A stretch of 63,436 bases of DNA, filler included, from Rhabdomonas costata (GCA_019059605.1; 53 parts of 53 records of this genome joined end to end with filler, not necessarily neighbours in it); one strand, 5' to 3'; positions 24,806 through 38,364 are shown, numbered from the whole stretch's first letter. Notes: generated from the letters alone by a model not told the origin. Made by a program: numbers and translations.

Positions 24806-27112
24806 GTCTCTGCTGCTGTGTGTGCTTGTCGGCCTAGAGTGTTGGATTGGGGGGAGGGGGACACGTAGAACACCCGCAGTTGCAGCCGCGGAAGCAGCGT
24901 TATGATCTGGCACGGCTTGAGCGGTGGCTATGGTACAATTTGTGAGGCCGGGCGTGAAAAAGCAAGCGCATGGAAATCCCTTCCACCGACGCAGGCTTCC
25001 CATTTGGTCACTGACCCTATGTGCTTGGGTGGTCCCTTCCTCAAATACCCCAAGTCACGTTCAGAAACCCCACCCCNNNNNNNNNNNNNNNNNNNNNNNN
25101 NNNNNNNNNNNNNNNNNNNNTTAATTAATTAANNNNNNNNNNNNNNNNNNNNNNNNNNNNNNNNNNNNNNNNNNNNGTGGGGTGGTCATATGGAACCAAA
25201 TTCAAATTTAGTCAAAAATTGTTGCTTAACCGTGAGGGGTTGGGTTTGCATTCTGGGTTCTGGGTTTGGCATTCTGGTTCAGAGTTTGGCACTCGTGGAT
25301 TGTGTGTGGGATTTCTTAGCTGTGGGGTTGTGGGTGTGCTGCTGCTGTTGGTGGGTTGTGGTGTTGGTGGGTTGTGATGTTGGCTATGCGGTGATCTCTT
25401 GGCTCAAGTGTTTGGTATTTCGGTTTATGCTTTCGATCTCGGTTTAGGATTCGATCCGATCTCCTGCCTTCAGTGTTCTGGCCTTCTGTCTCGATTGTGT
25501 AACCCACCCTCAAAGCTTTGGTAATTTCTTGTTCCCCGTATGTCTGTGTGAGCGGTCACTTGTTGTTCGCGTGGGCTTGTACGATATCCGTAGGTTTACG
25601 GTTCTTGGTTTCGGTCCCTCCATAGTTGATTGTGTCTGGGAAAATGACATGGGTGGTTCGTTGGTGTCTTGTGTGCGCGATGTTCCTACTTTCCGGTCTG
25701 CCTTCAGAGTTCCTCTGGTCTTCCTTTGGTGGTGTTGCGTTTGCCTTGCAATTTTGTGTCCGAGGGTGCTTGTGGTGTTTCTACGGTGCTTGGTAGTGTC
25801 TCTGAGGGTACGCATGGGATTGCGGTGGGTCATGGTGCTATTTCTGCAGTGGGTAATTGTCTATTTTCTTTTTTTTCTCTCCCTACCGCCTCCCTCCCTT
25901 CCACCTCCTGCTTCACCAGTTGTCAACCTGGGGTTTCGTTTGCTCTTCACACGCCCCAACTGGTAACGCGTACTTCTAACTGCAGCCCTGCCTGTTTTTG
26001 TTAATTCTGTGAACTGGTCGGAACTGTGGTGAAGCAACGACGCCAGCATTTTTTTCGCTCATGGTTAATTCTTTGAATTTCATTCTGGAAGGCAGCAGGC
26101 CCCTGTCAGGGCATGTTGCGGATCATCAACGAGTCAACAAAGGCTCACACAAGCAATTCTACCTCCCTGAAAGCGGACTTGGCTATCCAACCGTTACCGT
26201 AGGGGTCATATTTCTTGAAGAGCTCACGCAGCTGCTCCGTGGAAACCTGTGCGTTGGGGAAAAACTCACAAACCCNNNNNNNNNNNNNNNNNNNNNNNNN
26301 NNNNNNNNNNNNNNNNNNNTTAATTAATTAANNNNNNNNNNNNNNNNNNNNNNNNNNNNNNNNNNNNNNNNNNNNGTTGTTGGGCTCCGGCTTAAGCTTG
26401 CCCTCCTTCTTTTGGGGCGAAGCCTTGCGCTTCGACTTTCCCATCACAGAGAAAGTAGGGAAAACTCCGTCGGTGAAATAACCAGCCCTACTGCAGGCAA
26501 GACGCTTACGTCACGGGCCCCCCCAAAGCCCCAAAGGACGGCAACTGTGAAAAGGAAGAGGGGAGATAGGGGGGCCGGCCCTTGCAGCTGAGAAGCTGCG
26601 AGGTCTGCAGAACAGGGCGGCGCAGAAAAAAACAGAGATAGCTGCAACAAAGAGGGGAGCGTGTGTCGGATGCGACACTGTAATACTCTGCAATTATTCT
26701 GCATTCCATTTTATGTTGGGTCGGTTATTCTTCATAGGACCGCACAGCTGACAAAAAGTCGCCAGGACGCTTCCTAGCAAAAAACCGCCTTGTAGACTCA
26801 TTGGAAGAGGAAGGCACAGTTTTTAAGCAAACCCACCGTCCGTAAGACCCAGAAGGTTTTCATATGCTCACTGCCAGGCGGTGCACCCGCTCTCAATCCT
26901 GCACCCGATACAACGATTTGCTTGGGGTCAGGGAGTGACCAAACCAATTAATCTCTGAGAGCTTCACACACCCATCCCGTCTTCCACACTGTGATGCCAA
27001 TATGGGAGCAACCCTGTCTCTTCTGACCAGCCGGGAGTTTGTCTTTGGCTGGGAACACACACACACACAATCACTTCCTGTGTGCCTCCCTCAGAGAGTT
27101 TGGGTGCCCCAC

Positions 27113-27240
27113 TTGAGCTGCTCCTTGCCCCACTCTTTGTACGTGTCGAAGCGCTTGTCCATCGCCTGCTCGGCGCGGAGCCTCCGTAGCCTCTCCGATC
27201 GCACCTTCTCATCCGCTCGCCGCGCCGCGGCCTCAAAGAC
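27113..27240 (-). CDS. Internal exon of unknown helical protein
   Basis: GGGCAG| VFEAAARRADEKVRSERLRRLRAEQAMDKRFDTYKEWGKEQL |GT; high GC3. Confidence 0.45.
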
Positions 27241-30200
27241 CTGCCCCACACCCATAGCCACTCCCAAAAAACACAACAAAAGCAACTGAAAACTTGCGCC
27301 GAACTTCACCTTTGTGCGCATCGCCCCCAAAACGATCCAGAATAGCCCCAAACCATCCAGAATCTTGCTTAGCATGGCATGACCAATGTGTCCTGTCCAA
27401 GAACACTCCGCGATATTCACTGGTAATCAGCATCATCACCCTGCCCCCACAAACAAAGTATTCTCACCACCCCCNNNNNNNNNNNNNNNNNNNNNNNNNN
27501 NNNNNNNNNNNNNNNNNNTTAATTAATTAANNNNNNNNNNNNNNNNNNNNNNNNNNNNNNNNNNNNNNNNNNNNTTGTGGGTGTGTTTGGGGGGTGGGGT
27601 AAACATTGCGGATTCAGTCCGGCACCGGAGTCGGCTCGAATTCATATCACGGTCTAACACACTTGATCAGGCGTTAGGCTGAAGGCAACTGTGGCCCCAC
27701 CCCAACCGCAACCGGGTCTTCCCCTTTGGAACATAGGGCTGCCTGCAGGTGCCTGACTTTGCTACAACAAGCACAGTCCACCGAAAGTTTCTGCGCAAGA
27801 ACACCGAAGAAGTAGGGAAACCTATGCAGTTCTGTGGTTGTGTGTGTACGTACGTGCGTGGAAAGATGAGCAAGGCAGCACGCACCGTTCGGCGTCCAGG
27901 AGGGCGAAGAACCTCACAGAGGAAAGGGCCAGCGCCGGGTCTTCATGCCTCTCCATCTATTAAGCCCCCCAAACCCTGCCCTCCAAAAAACTGGAAAGAA
28001 AGAAACCAGAAATCCTACCACACAATCACCTTCTAGACAAGAACTCTGGCTTTGTCTTGGAGAAGGCTCAATCTCCCCTTGCATCGTTGCATATACGAAC
28101 ACACGCACACACATACACACTTGGTGCACTTGGCCTGGGGTGATTTTTTTCTGGGGGAGGACTCGACCTTTCGATGGGGCAAGAGCCCATCCGGCCTCAC
28201 ACCCTTATCGGCCCATGGTGCCTTGTCCCTCTGTGCTGTCACGTAGGGGGCTCCCGATCTGTTTAGATATCTCTTTACCCGCTTGAGCCCAGCTGCCTCT
28301 GCGGGCTTGGATCCTCAATCCCGGGCTTGGGCCCGCTTTTCTGGTGGACGGGCTTAGTTGCCTGTCTCTGACACTGATGCTATCTGGACCTCACTTCTCC
28401 ACCTGCCCGGGCATCTCTTCGTGTCATCCTATCCTGCTGGCTCTCGCTTCGCTCCTTTTTTGCTGCATACTGGCATCCTTATTCGCTGTCCCTCTTCTTT
28501 TGGGTCCTTAATTCCATTCTCACTCTCCACACTCCGCACTGCTACCACCCCCCACTGCGTGCTGAAGAGTCTTCGGCAAGGGGTCAGCTCCACGGCTAAA
28601 GAGTCTCCTGTGACATGCGCTTCATAGACCTTCCAATTTTTCCCCACACACACGCACACACACCGCGCAGATNNNNNNNNNNNNNNNNNNNNNNNNNNNN
28701 NNNNNNNNNNNNNNNNTTAATTAATTAANNNNNNNNNNNNNNNNNNNNNNNNNNNNNNNNNNNNNNNNNNNNGGGTTGTGGGTAATGCTGCTCTTCTCTG
28801 CTTGCCCCTGCCGAGGTTCGTTCACTGCTTTTGTTTTCCCCCCCTTCTCCCATCTTTGGTGGACCCCACTTGTTCTCTTGTAATTTGCAGTTTTTCTCAC
28901 ACTTGACCCGTTTTCCGTTTGTATCGACTATTTTACAGCGTCTGCCCTTACTGTAAATTATTGCTGCTTTCTTCGCTGCACCTTGCTGAATGATTGTGAT
29001 CTTCATGGATTTTCTTTGTACGGAATCTAAACATTCAACGGTATCTGTCTCGCAGGTTGTCGCGAGGAGTTGACTTTGTTTGGCTCACGTGGCAGTTCCT
29101 CCCCAGCACGAATAAACCCACCACAACTTTTGTGCGACCTGCGAGAATCACGGTGCCAAAGAAGCTGTTCAGGTCCTGCAGGAGGCGGGCACGGACCCAT
29201 ACCTGGCCAACGACCTGAACAAGGGAGAGGTTAACCAACTCAGCCAAAAGACGGAAAGGCCCTTTACACTCTTTCGATCCCTCTGTGGAGTGCTGCGAGT
29301 TTTCACTTCGTCGTATCGCATCCGCCCATGACCTTTGGAGGTCTGCGCAAGTGCCCTTTTGCCCCGGCGCCAACGTCCGCAGAGTCGCTATCGCCCTCTG
29401 CCTCGTCGAGAATTCCACACCCACCATCCCATCTGAGCCCTTCAGCCTGCTGTCCGCAGCGATCCCTACTCTTATACCTCTCTTATACCCCCCCTCCCCC
29501 CGAGAAGTGCGATTCCTTCGCGACATCCTACCTGTCATGACTTGGGGCAGAAAGAGCCCTTAACTGTCGTTCTCTCGCATGACGCACATCGCTTCTTGCC
29601 CCTCGTTCATCCCACACCAAATCGGCACAATACCCGAACATCGAGAACATCGTCAGCCAGCCAGTGCAAAAACACTGAGCGCGTGGTGTCGGGCCGCCCA
29701 ACGACACCCAGCCAGCCCACGCAAAAAAAAAAATCCACGTGCACAAAAAACGCAGGCACCGCAATCGAGGACAGGGCCTGGCATCCAATAGTACCGTACA
29801 AGGACATCCCGTGGGCCAGCCCGATCTCCACTTTAAACTGGAAGTGGGCCGCCAGCTTGACCAACCACCCCNNNNNNNNNNNNNNNNNNNNNNNNNNNNN
29901 NNNNNNNNNNNNNNNTTAATTAATTAANNNNNNNNNNNNNNNNNNNNNNNNNNNNNNNNNNNNNNNNNNNNGTGGTGGGTGTGTTTGGGTTTTTGGGTGA
30001 ATTGGCTACGGACCGTGCCGGCCACGTTTTTGGCGCTTTCTGCTGTGGAAATGTTTGGATTGGACACGCATCATGTGGAAGTTTCTCGTTTCGTCTTGTG
30101 GTCGGTTTGGGTGTGGACGTGCTGATTGGTGGGGGCAGGGTTTTGTGCGCAAGTTTTTTTTTTGGGTCGGGATGTGCCCGCCGCCCCTCCGGTATTCGAA

Positions 30201-32714
30201 AGACCACAGCCGCAGTTGATGGCGGTAGGGTAAGACGACGATTTAACGGACCTATCGACCGTTCTGTTGCAAAGGCCCTTTGGCCACACAGGGAAAACTG
30301 CGTCGTACGAAAATTACGCGGAAAGAATGTTTGCAAGGAATGTCTTTGGGCACGCAAGTGAAGGTGAACATAATTTTAAAACCGAATTCGAAGCGTGCTA
30401 CCGTTCCAACAATGTATGTTACAACTGAACCTTGTGGGTGTTTGCCGATAAGAAAGACTTCTCTTCCAGTTATGCGTCAAATGCTGGTCGCGGGGAAAGA
30501 TTTTCATTTGAACACAAGCAACGCGATGACGATGCAAGGACACTTAGTTTCATTGGAGTCAAGATAACCCTGTGTCAAAAACAAAGCCCAGAATGTGCTG
30601 AAGAATGTCCCATGGTAGAATATTCGTGCGAAGTTTCACAAGGGTGAGCCCATAATGCTCCGCAGGCAGCTCCTGCACCACGACGGACTGCAGGGCGGCC
30701 GGTATAACAATCTGTAGTCGGCACCAACCTCGGCAAGGACGTCGTGCAGAGCCCGGACGGCGGTTGCTCATATCGACTCCAGCCACCCGCAACAGAAGCT
30801 GGTGAGCACTGCACCCGCAAAGTTCCGGTTGTTGCAGAGCGAACTGGCGCTGTGATTTTCGAGGCAGGAAGCAGATGAGACGTTGTGCACAAAGTAAAAA
30901 AAAATGCATTGCAACGGTAAAAAAACAAAAAAGCAAGACAATCTTCGTAGCTCTTTGATAATATGTCCTCAACTGAGTCCTTAGAACGGCTTGAACGGAG
31001 ACATGTTAGGCCACGTGCCAAGCGAAACGCGAACGCAGAGTACCCCCACCCAACCAAACACACCCACCACNNNNNNNNNNNNNNNNNNNNNNNNNNNNNN
31101 NNNNNNNNNNNNNNTTAATTAATTAANNNNNNNNNNNNNNNNNNNNNNNNNNNNNNNNNNNNNNNNNNNNGTGTTGGGTGTGGTTGGGGGGGGGGTTGGC
31201 TTGAGCCCCAAGAGAGAGATAACGGTGTTATTCTTATTTTCAAAATCTGTTTTCCATTGGTTGTGTTCCATTCTGCTGCTATTTTACATAATGCACTTTT
31301 GGGACTCAACTGCCCTTCATTTCTGCAACATTGCTTCTGCTTTTTTAGTTTTTGGTTTTTTGTCTGTTGTGGTGTGCCCCGATGCACGATGATGAACCCT
31401 ACTACCAGTGCCGTGACAGTTTCGCAAGAAACTTTGACCTTGCAAGACAAACACAACAAGAACAGAAGGAAAGGGCATGAGGGCAAAAAAGGGCACCTGC
31501 CAGATTTGGTCGATGTGCGCCCAGTGCGGGGGATACTTGAACCGGGCAACGTCGAAAATGAGGCAGAGCCCCCGCTGAGAGAAAAGAGTGAACAAACAGA
31601 CCCAAGCCGGAGGAGCCATGAGGAGCCTGATCTTTTAACTGAACTGTTCTCTCGCCATACGTGTGACCACGCTCTTCCAATACTTTTTCCAGGGACAAAA
31701 TTAATTAAAGAGCTCCCAGAAACACGCAAGCAAACCGCGTCGAAGAGTGTTTGTGTGTTCAACGGTTCGACAAAGTCCTTCCCCCTTCTAAAATGAGCAC
31801 AATCCGTCAGGCATGTTGCGAAAGAAGAAGCCAAAGAAAGGAATTATGAATTGTTTAAGAGACAAGCGCTGTTTAAAGAATCGTCAAAATGGGTGCCCTT
31901 GTTGGGATTGAACCAAGTTCTAATGCAAATTCTTCTTTGCTCTTTCGTTGTAGTCTTTCAGATGTTGAATCTGGCTTAGTTTGTTTGCGCCCCCCCCCCT
32001 CCTCTTCATGGCGGTGATGTAAAATATTCTCTTTAAAAAATTCTTATAGCGATGCAATAAAAAATTCAATATTTTATAGTGATCGCTATAATGACCAGGA
32101 ATGGTGATAAAGGGCCAAGCTCAGGGTGATCGCTATAAAGATTTTTTTAGCCCGATATAAAACTGTTTCAACTTACTTTTTTTTTGCGTGGGGTTTCTCG
32201 CCAGGAACAACATCACAGATGAGTTCTCGTGGAATTCTTGCAGTTGCGGGAGTCAGCACAAACAACCCCNNNNNNNNNNNNNNNNNNNNNNNNNNNNNNN
32301 NNNNNNNNNNNNNTTAATTAATTAANNNNNNNNNNNNNNNNNNNNNNNNNNNNNNNNNNNNNNNNNNNNTTTTTTTAGGAAGCCTTGAAGAAGTCCCTGC
32401 TTGAAGGGGAGAGAACTTTTGTATGCACAGCTGCTTTCATTAAAGCCTGCGTGTACTTCATTTTGCAGTGCCAACCACTGGTGGTGTAGCTAGCGAGGCA
32501 TAAAATTTATGAGTGGCTGTGCGTGGAAGTAGAAAGGACCACAAGTTTGAGCAGCATGGCAGAACTTGCTGAATGTAATACTTTTTTGTGTTGATCTGTG
32601 GAGGTTGTGCTGTTTTTGCCCTTGTTTTATGCTGTTGCGTTCCCCCTTTACAACCCCACACATTGTGGGTTCTGGAGGCACCGGAGCAAACTTCAAGTTG
32701 ATAATTTGGCAGCA

Positions 32715-33074
32715 GGGCAATTCTGATGTTCGGAGGAATCATGGCGTGCACGTGACCCGGCAGGACGATATGGCACGCCTTGTCGAGTTGGATGTTCCCG
32801 AAGAGGCCAAGGTGCGAGTGATAAAGCACCTGTACTTCAAAGACCTCGCGGCGTTTCACAAGCGGGCGCTTTCCAGGAAGAAAGAGGTGTGCAATTCCGA
32901 CCCATGCTTTCTGAATGTGGTGTTCATAATTTTGTCCTCACGTGGTCCGTTTTTTTGTTTTCGTTTTCGCTTTCGTTTTCACTTTCGTTTTCGCTTTCGC
33001 TTTCGCTTTCGTTTTCCATTTTTACAGCTCCAGTCTCAGCTGGAAGCGTTGAAGACGAGATTCTACACTTCCAG
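32715..33074 (+). CDS. Unknown protein, two exons around a microsatellite-containing intron
   Basis: RLVELDVPEEAKVRVIKHLYFKDLAAFHKRALSRKKE|GTGTGC ... TTTACAG|LQSQLEALKTRF in the same frame. Confidence 0.45.
32959..33012. repeat. (TTTCGY)9 hexanucleotide microsatellite
   Basis: Nine near-perfect copies forming a polypyrimidine tract before an AG acceptor. Confidence 0.9.
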
Positions 33075-35966
33075 GCGAGACGGTGTGGTGGAGAAGTGGG
33101 ACGGATGGGAGTAGGACCAATCCCAGTGCGAAACGTCATCCTGTTTGTTGGGAGGCACTTCCCATGGTCATTTCGTCGCTCCCTGATCGGAGCGGGCCCC
33201 CAGGCCCAGCACTTTTTTTTTTGGATATTTGCAGGCCTGTAGCTTGACCTAACTTTCGGGTACGTTTTTTTGATTAGAAGAGAGCCGCAAGCTAACACCG
33301 TTCCCTCTCGCCCCTGGCCCCGTCTGACCTCACGCCCGTGCATCAGCAGCGATTTTGTTTCATGTTCCATTTGTCATTGCATTTTTGAGATTTTAAAGGA
33401 CATCTCGATTGCATATTTTGTTACAGGCAAGTGTATGCGGTCGCCCATGTCACCCTTCCTGAGTTGTGNNNNNNNNNNNNNNNNNNNNNNNNNNNNNNNN
33501 NNNNNNNNNNNNTTAATTAATTAANNNNNNNNNNNNNNNNNNNNNNNNNNNNNNNNNNNNNNNNNNNNGGTTGGTGGGGTGCGCGACCCCCCCCTCCTCC
33601 TTAAATCGAACGGGAGATGCGGGCTGCCCCTGTGTTGTGACAGTGCTTCTTCCCTCACGAACGGGATTCTGTGCAGAGCGTGGTGTTGCGCTGGAAACAA
33701 TTTCACATGTTTCCGCATTCGTGTGGCCTCTCTTTGGCCTCCGTGCCGCTTGGGTGGGGATTTCAGGGATTTCTTCTTTGACGTAGGGACAGTTGTGATG
33801 TAGCGATGCCATCTCGACTTTCCAATGAAGCATTGAAGGAGACGAACGGGTAGAAAGTGAGAGAGCTGCTTTCAAGTCGAATTCTAGCTGCCGCAAAATG
33901 GGCTGCCTGATTTGGACACAGTTCACCTCTTCTTTGCCGTGTCGTTTATGGCAAAGGGGTGCAAAAGCCATGGTACCCCAAATGGTGAGACAACAATGAA
34001 TCACACTTTCAGCAGTTGGCTTGAATCCCCCCCCCCCCAACACCGGGGGCAATTATTAGTCTTTTTTGGGGGGGATGCCTTGCCAATTGTCCCCAACTTT
34101 CTATGAGGAAGCCGTCTGGATTAGAGAGAGGACTCGGAACCCTAGCGGGAAGGCTGTCACAGATGCTGATTTGATTTGCTGCGATTTGCTTTGTCTTTCA
34201 TATACCTTTTCCTCTGTACACTTTTGTCAGCGCTTTCTTTCGAATTCTTCACCGCTGTTGGCGCTGTGAAATGCGCTGCGAAACGGTGTTCTCTGTCATT
34301 TCTGGCCCTTACTCTCCATTCCGAGGCCTGGCGGCTGGTTCTCTTTGACAGAGCAGAGCGTGGCCTGCGTTTTCAGTTTTCTGGACCTGAGGCGCTTGCC
34401 AGCAGGAACCAGGAACAAATGTTCATCAACAAAGTTAAGGATATCGCCAAGCAGCTGTCTTCGCTGGAGCTCAGCGAGGCCCAGCGCTTGAAAGAGCACT
34501 CCGCGAAAGACCAGGCACCCGCTGCAGCGAAGCTTGAAGACACTTCTACATCTGAGCACCCCGGGACACCCCGCAGGACTTCTCTGGGTCAGTCCTCGGC
34601 CAGGGGCTCCGTGGGCGAGAAGTCGCCTCATAGTAGTCGCAACACTGGAGGGGAGGGGGAGCCTTCANNNNNNNNNNNNNNNNNNNNNNNNNNNNNNNNN
34701 NNNNNNNNNNNTTAATTAATTAANNNNNNNNNNNNNNNNNNNNNNNNNNNNNNNNNNNNNNNNNNNNTGTTGTGTTTTTCCCGCCTTCATCGGTCAGATG
34801 TTTTTGCTCTTGCTTTGCCTTTGTCCTCAACTTTCTCCCCATTCAACTGCTTCCATATATCTCCCGCGACTTCCTCAAAGGAAGGGCACCACTACATCAT
34901 CAACTCTTGAGCTTTTCTGAGGTCACACCTCGCCAACTGAATTTTTCTGTGCTCTTGCGGCAACAACGCAGCGCCTGACAATCTTTAGCTGTTCAACCAT
35001 TCCTAAAAAATGGCGGACATCGACCACGCTATGGACACTGTAGAAAATGACGCTGAAAATTATTAATCTTTTCATTCACTCGATGGCTCAGGCACGGATC
35101 CGGAGCCATATCTATTGAAAAGGTTTTGTTTTTTTGGACCCCGGAAAAACCGCAAGGATAGGGGGACACAACCGAAGGCGCCCACGTCTTTCCATCGATA
35201 GCACCTCCCGCTTCCCGGTCGGTGCCAAAGGCCGCGGCGGCGCGGACATTGGACCTTAAGGCACCCAGGCTCCAAACCAACTCTTTTTGCCCCTGGGAAC
35301 CTCCTTTTGCAAAAGTACCAATATGGCCTTTTTCGGGGGAAAGTCACGCGAACCGGTTCGGTAACCGGCGCCTGTGACCGCTGCTCCGGCCGGAACGCAC
35401 CTGAACCCCGAAAGGCAACGTTTTGATGACAAGACTCTGGGGCAAAGAAGGCGGTGAAACAAAAGATGGTGGAACGACCGCGCTTTGTTATTGCAAATGT
35501 TGCGCCGCAAAGTCAATTATTGGTCAACGGAATGCTTCTGCTACGAATGCGGTTTTTGAAAGCTTTTCAACCGACATGACTTCGACAAGGGTGCCGCGAA
35601 TACTCAAGGTGTGTCGTTGAGAGTTTTACTGTCATTCCGGGTGGATGCTGACCAATGCCGCCGCTCTTTTCATCTGTGCTGGCACTGCGGCTGGACTTTA
35701 CTTGGGTCTTGATCTGTACTATGGGATACAGGGTAACGGGCGTTGCATGGCGGAGATGGTGTCACTTGGAACCAGTCACAGTTAAGTACAACACAGCGAT
35801 GAGAGTAAACCCTATCGTCACACCAAGAACGCCACAGATCACCACCGATTTAACCAGCAAGTGAACNNNNNNNNNNNNNNNNNNNNNNNNNNNNNNNNNN
35901 NNNNNNNNNNTTAATTAATTAANNNNNNNNNNNNNNNNNNNNNNNNNNNNNNNNNNNNNNNNNNNN

Positions 35967-37065
35967 GCACAGCCAGCACGCTTCTGCTGAGGCTGTGCCC
36001 GGGGAACGTCTCCACCGCCGATGAAAGCGCTTTTAGTGCCGCCCTCAGGTTACCTGAGAGAGTGTGCACGAGGGGCGGCTGCAGTTGTGGTGCGGTCACA
36101 CAGCGCCTGAACTGCGCAACTTGCGGCAGAGCGTTGGCATGCATACAGCGCGACTTTCTGGCAGAACCCATCCGACCCGAACTCCACAGCTGCTGTCAGG
36201 CTTAGAAGCCAAAAAAAAAACAGACTGCTCCATGCAGCAGAAGTGGGCAGCTTCTTGGAGCCGAGCTAATGCTGATCAACAGGTCAGCTCATCTGCCCCG
36301 CATGCACGTTAACAACTGAACACGTGGATGGTTTCCTTCATGCTTGCAAAGCTGGGTGGCCGCTCCGACTGCAGCGAGTCGAGCCGACAGCGTCCAGCAT
36401 GGACGACAGCGTCCAGCATCCTATCAACGATTTCCAAAAAGCGCGAACGCTTTCCCCCGAAACCTGAAAAAAAGGCACCAAAAGAAGGCAAGAGCACACA
36501 AGGAGGACATTCGCACACCGTGAGAAGGCGCCAAAAAAAAAAGACTGGAAAAAATAAAACCGAAAACCACTCCTCCACACTGCATCACAGAGCTCATCTT
36601 CATCCTCCAAACCAGCTCACAAAAGGAAAGCGGATACTCATAACACAGCACTGCCATTACAATCGCCAAAAGTTCGAACCTCACCCTGCCCTGAAAGACA
36701 TAATGAGAGGAAATTTTGGGAACAAAGCCAAGGCACACCGCCGTGCATATCCGTTTCAGCCCAAATCAAACAAGGGCCAAATGTAAGAAGGCGAAGGTGC
36801 GGAGGAAGTGCACCTGAAGGCCACCAGCTATCCTGGGGGCAGGGTTGGGAGTGACAGGATACAACGAAAAAATAAAATGATGTACAGCGCCCACTGCTTT
36901 CTACTCACACCCTGCGCTTCTCTGGGCTCGCTCACGGAGCACAGCCAGCACGCTTCTGCTGAGGCTGTGCCCGGGGAACGTCTCCACCACGGAGGAAAGC
37001 GCTTTTAGTGCCGCCCTCAGGTTACCTGAGAGAGTGTGCACGAGGGGCGGCTGCAGTTGTGGTGC
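35967..37065. repeat. 972-bp unit with 127-bp terminal direct repeat (tandem repeat unit or circular molecule)
   Basis: 35967-36093 matches 36939-37065 at 124/127 positions; the two copies are the contig's exact first and last 127 bases. Confidence 0.9.
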
Positions 37066-37376
37066 NNNNNNNNNNNNNNNNNNNNNNNNNNNNNNNNNNN
37101 NNNNNNNNNTTAATTAATTAANNNNNNNNNNNNNNNNNNNNNNNNNNNNNNNNNNNNNNNNNNNNTGTGTTTGTTTCTCCGCACAAATGAGTACACTTCC
37201 TATGGTAACCACCCTCGTATGATATGATTCACCTGAAATCCATCTATGGTTGAGAAGTGGTTACCATAGGAAGTGTACTCATTTGTGTGGAGAAACAAGC
37301 AGTTAGAACGTTCCCCAACAAAGGCGGAACAGAATCGCAGCATTCTAGCTCAGCGTCCTCCACGCGCAAACCTCAG

Positions 37377-37520
37377 GTATGGAGCAGTGCCGACGGAAAG
37401 GTGTGGACCTTGGCCGTGGCTGCCGCGCCATTCTCTCGCCGTTCGTTCATGCCCCTTGTGGTGTTCCGGAGCCAACTCTTTCTGCTTGGGGGGTGGACCT
37501 GGGACGGCCTTTCTGCGGAG
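37377..37520 (+). CDS. Kelch/galactose-oxidase-like beta-propeller repeat exon
   Basis: 144-bp phase 0-0 exon VWSSADGKVWTLAVAAAPFSRRSFMPLVVFRSQLFLLGGWTWDGLSAE between CTCAG| and |GTTTGC. Confidence 0.78.
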
Positions 37521-38364
37521 GTTTGCTCCCCATTCTCATCACCAAAACCGACCTTCCCTGGTTTGACTCCGACTTCGGTTTCGCATGCCGAAAAGTGGGG
37601 GGTTTACCTGGTTGGTTGAAAGCCCTTACAACTGACCTTAAAGCTGTTTCCGGGGTGCGGTGGCCTGGTTGATTAGTAAGTTTACATTAAATTTCAGGGT
37701 GGAAGTGGGACGAGGTGACTTGGATGAGCTTTTACCAAAACATTGTAGTAATGAAGCCCGTTTTGGTGTTAAACTTATGAAACCCTGTATTGCTTTTTCT
37801 TTTTGCAGTTTGAAGGCAGCCAACTGAACATCTAGAGCTAGTGAAGCTGTGTATCCGCGCGGCGTGCTTTCGGGAAGGCTAGGACTCTGGTGGAAAAAAC
37901 TCCTATTCTACCTACACACATACGTACAAGTTCCCTTTGTGCCACATAAAAATAAACAAAAACCTGTGAAAAGTGTTAAATTGCTATGAAATATTACGAA
38001 AATGACGTAGGGCGGGCGCAAATGCAGGCCGGGCTTGCATGCCTGCTTGCCCACTGAAATTGCTGAATGGGGGCTGCGAAATCGAGGATATTGCCATGGT
38101 GCCGTTTCCATTGTGGTTTGACTTTCCCATAAGCAGATGACTTCCATTGTCCCAAGCCCTCGTCTGGTCAGAGAGAACTCACAATGGGCCAAATCGGAGG
38201 ACAGAACCAGGGCTTCCCTATCGGCTTGCACGTTTTTTATTGCTGCATTCTAGCACACCAAACCNNNNNNNNNNNNNNNNNNNNNNNNNNNNNNNNNNNN
38301 NNNNNNNNTTAATTAATTAANNNNNNNNNNNNNNNNNNNNNNNNNNNNNNNNNNNNNNNNNNNN

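Noticed and set aside
31890..31925. tRNA-like 3' half on the minus strand (GGTTCAATCCCAAC..GGGCACC)
   Set aside because: T-loop resemblance only; no matching acceptor 5' strand, D-arm or anticodon arm
31388..31978. TGA read-through or alternative genetic code extending the 31257-31796 ORF
   Set aside because: Single instance with no recognisable homology; all conserved genes translate cleanly with the standard code
34376..34389. Euglenid non-conventional intron 3' end (CTG at -8..-6, Y|R junction)
   Set aside because: An in-frame canonical TTTCAG acceptor lies 12 nt upstream and I found no convincing pairing 5' arm; no non-conventional intron in the window could be supported
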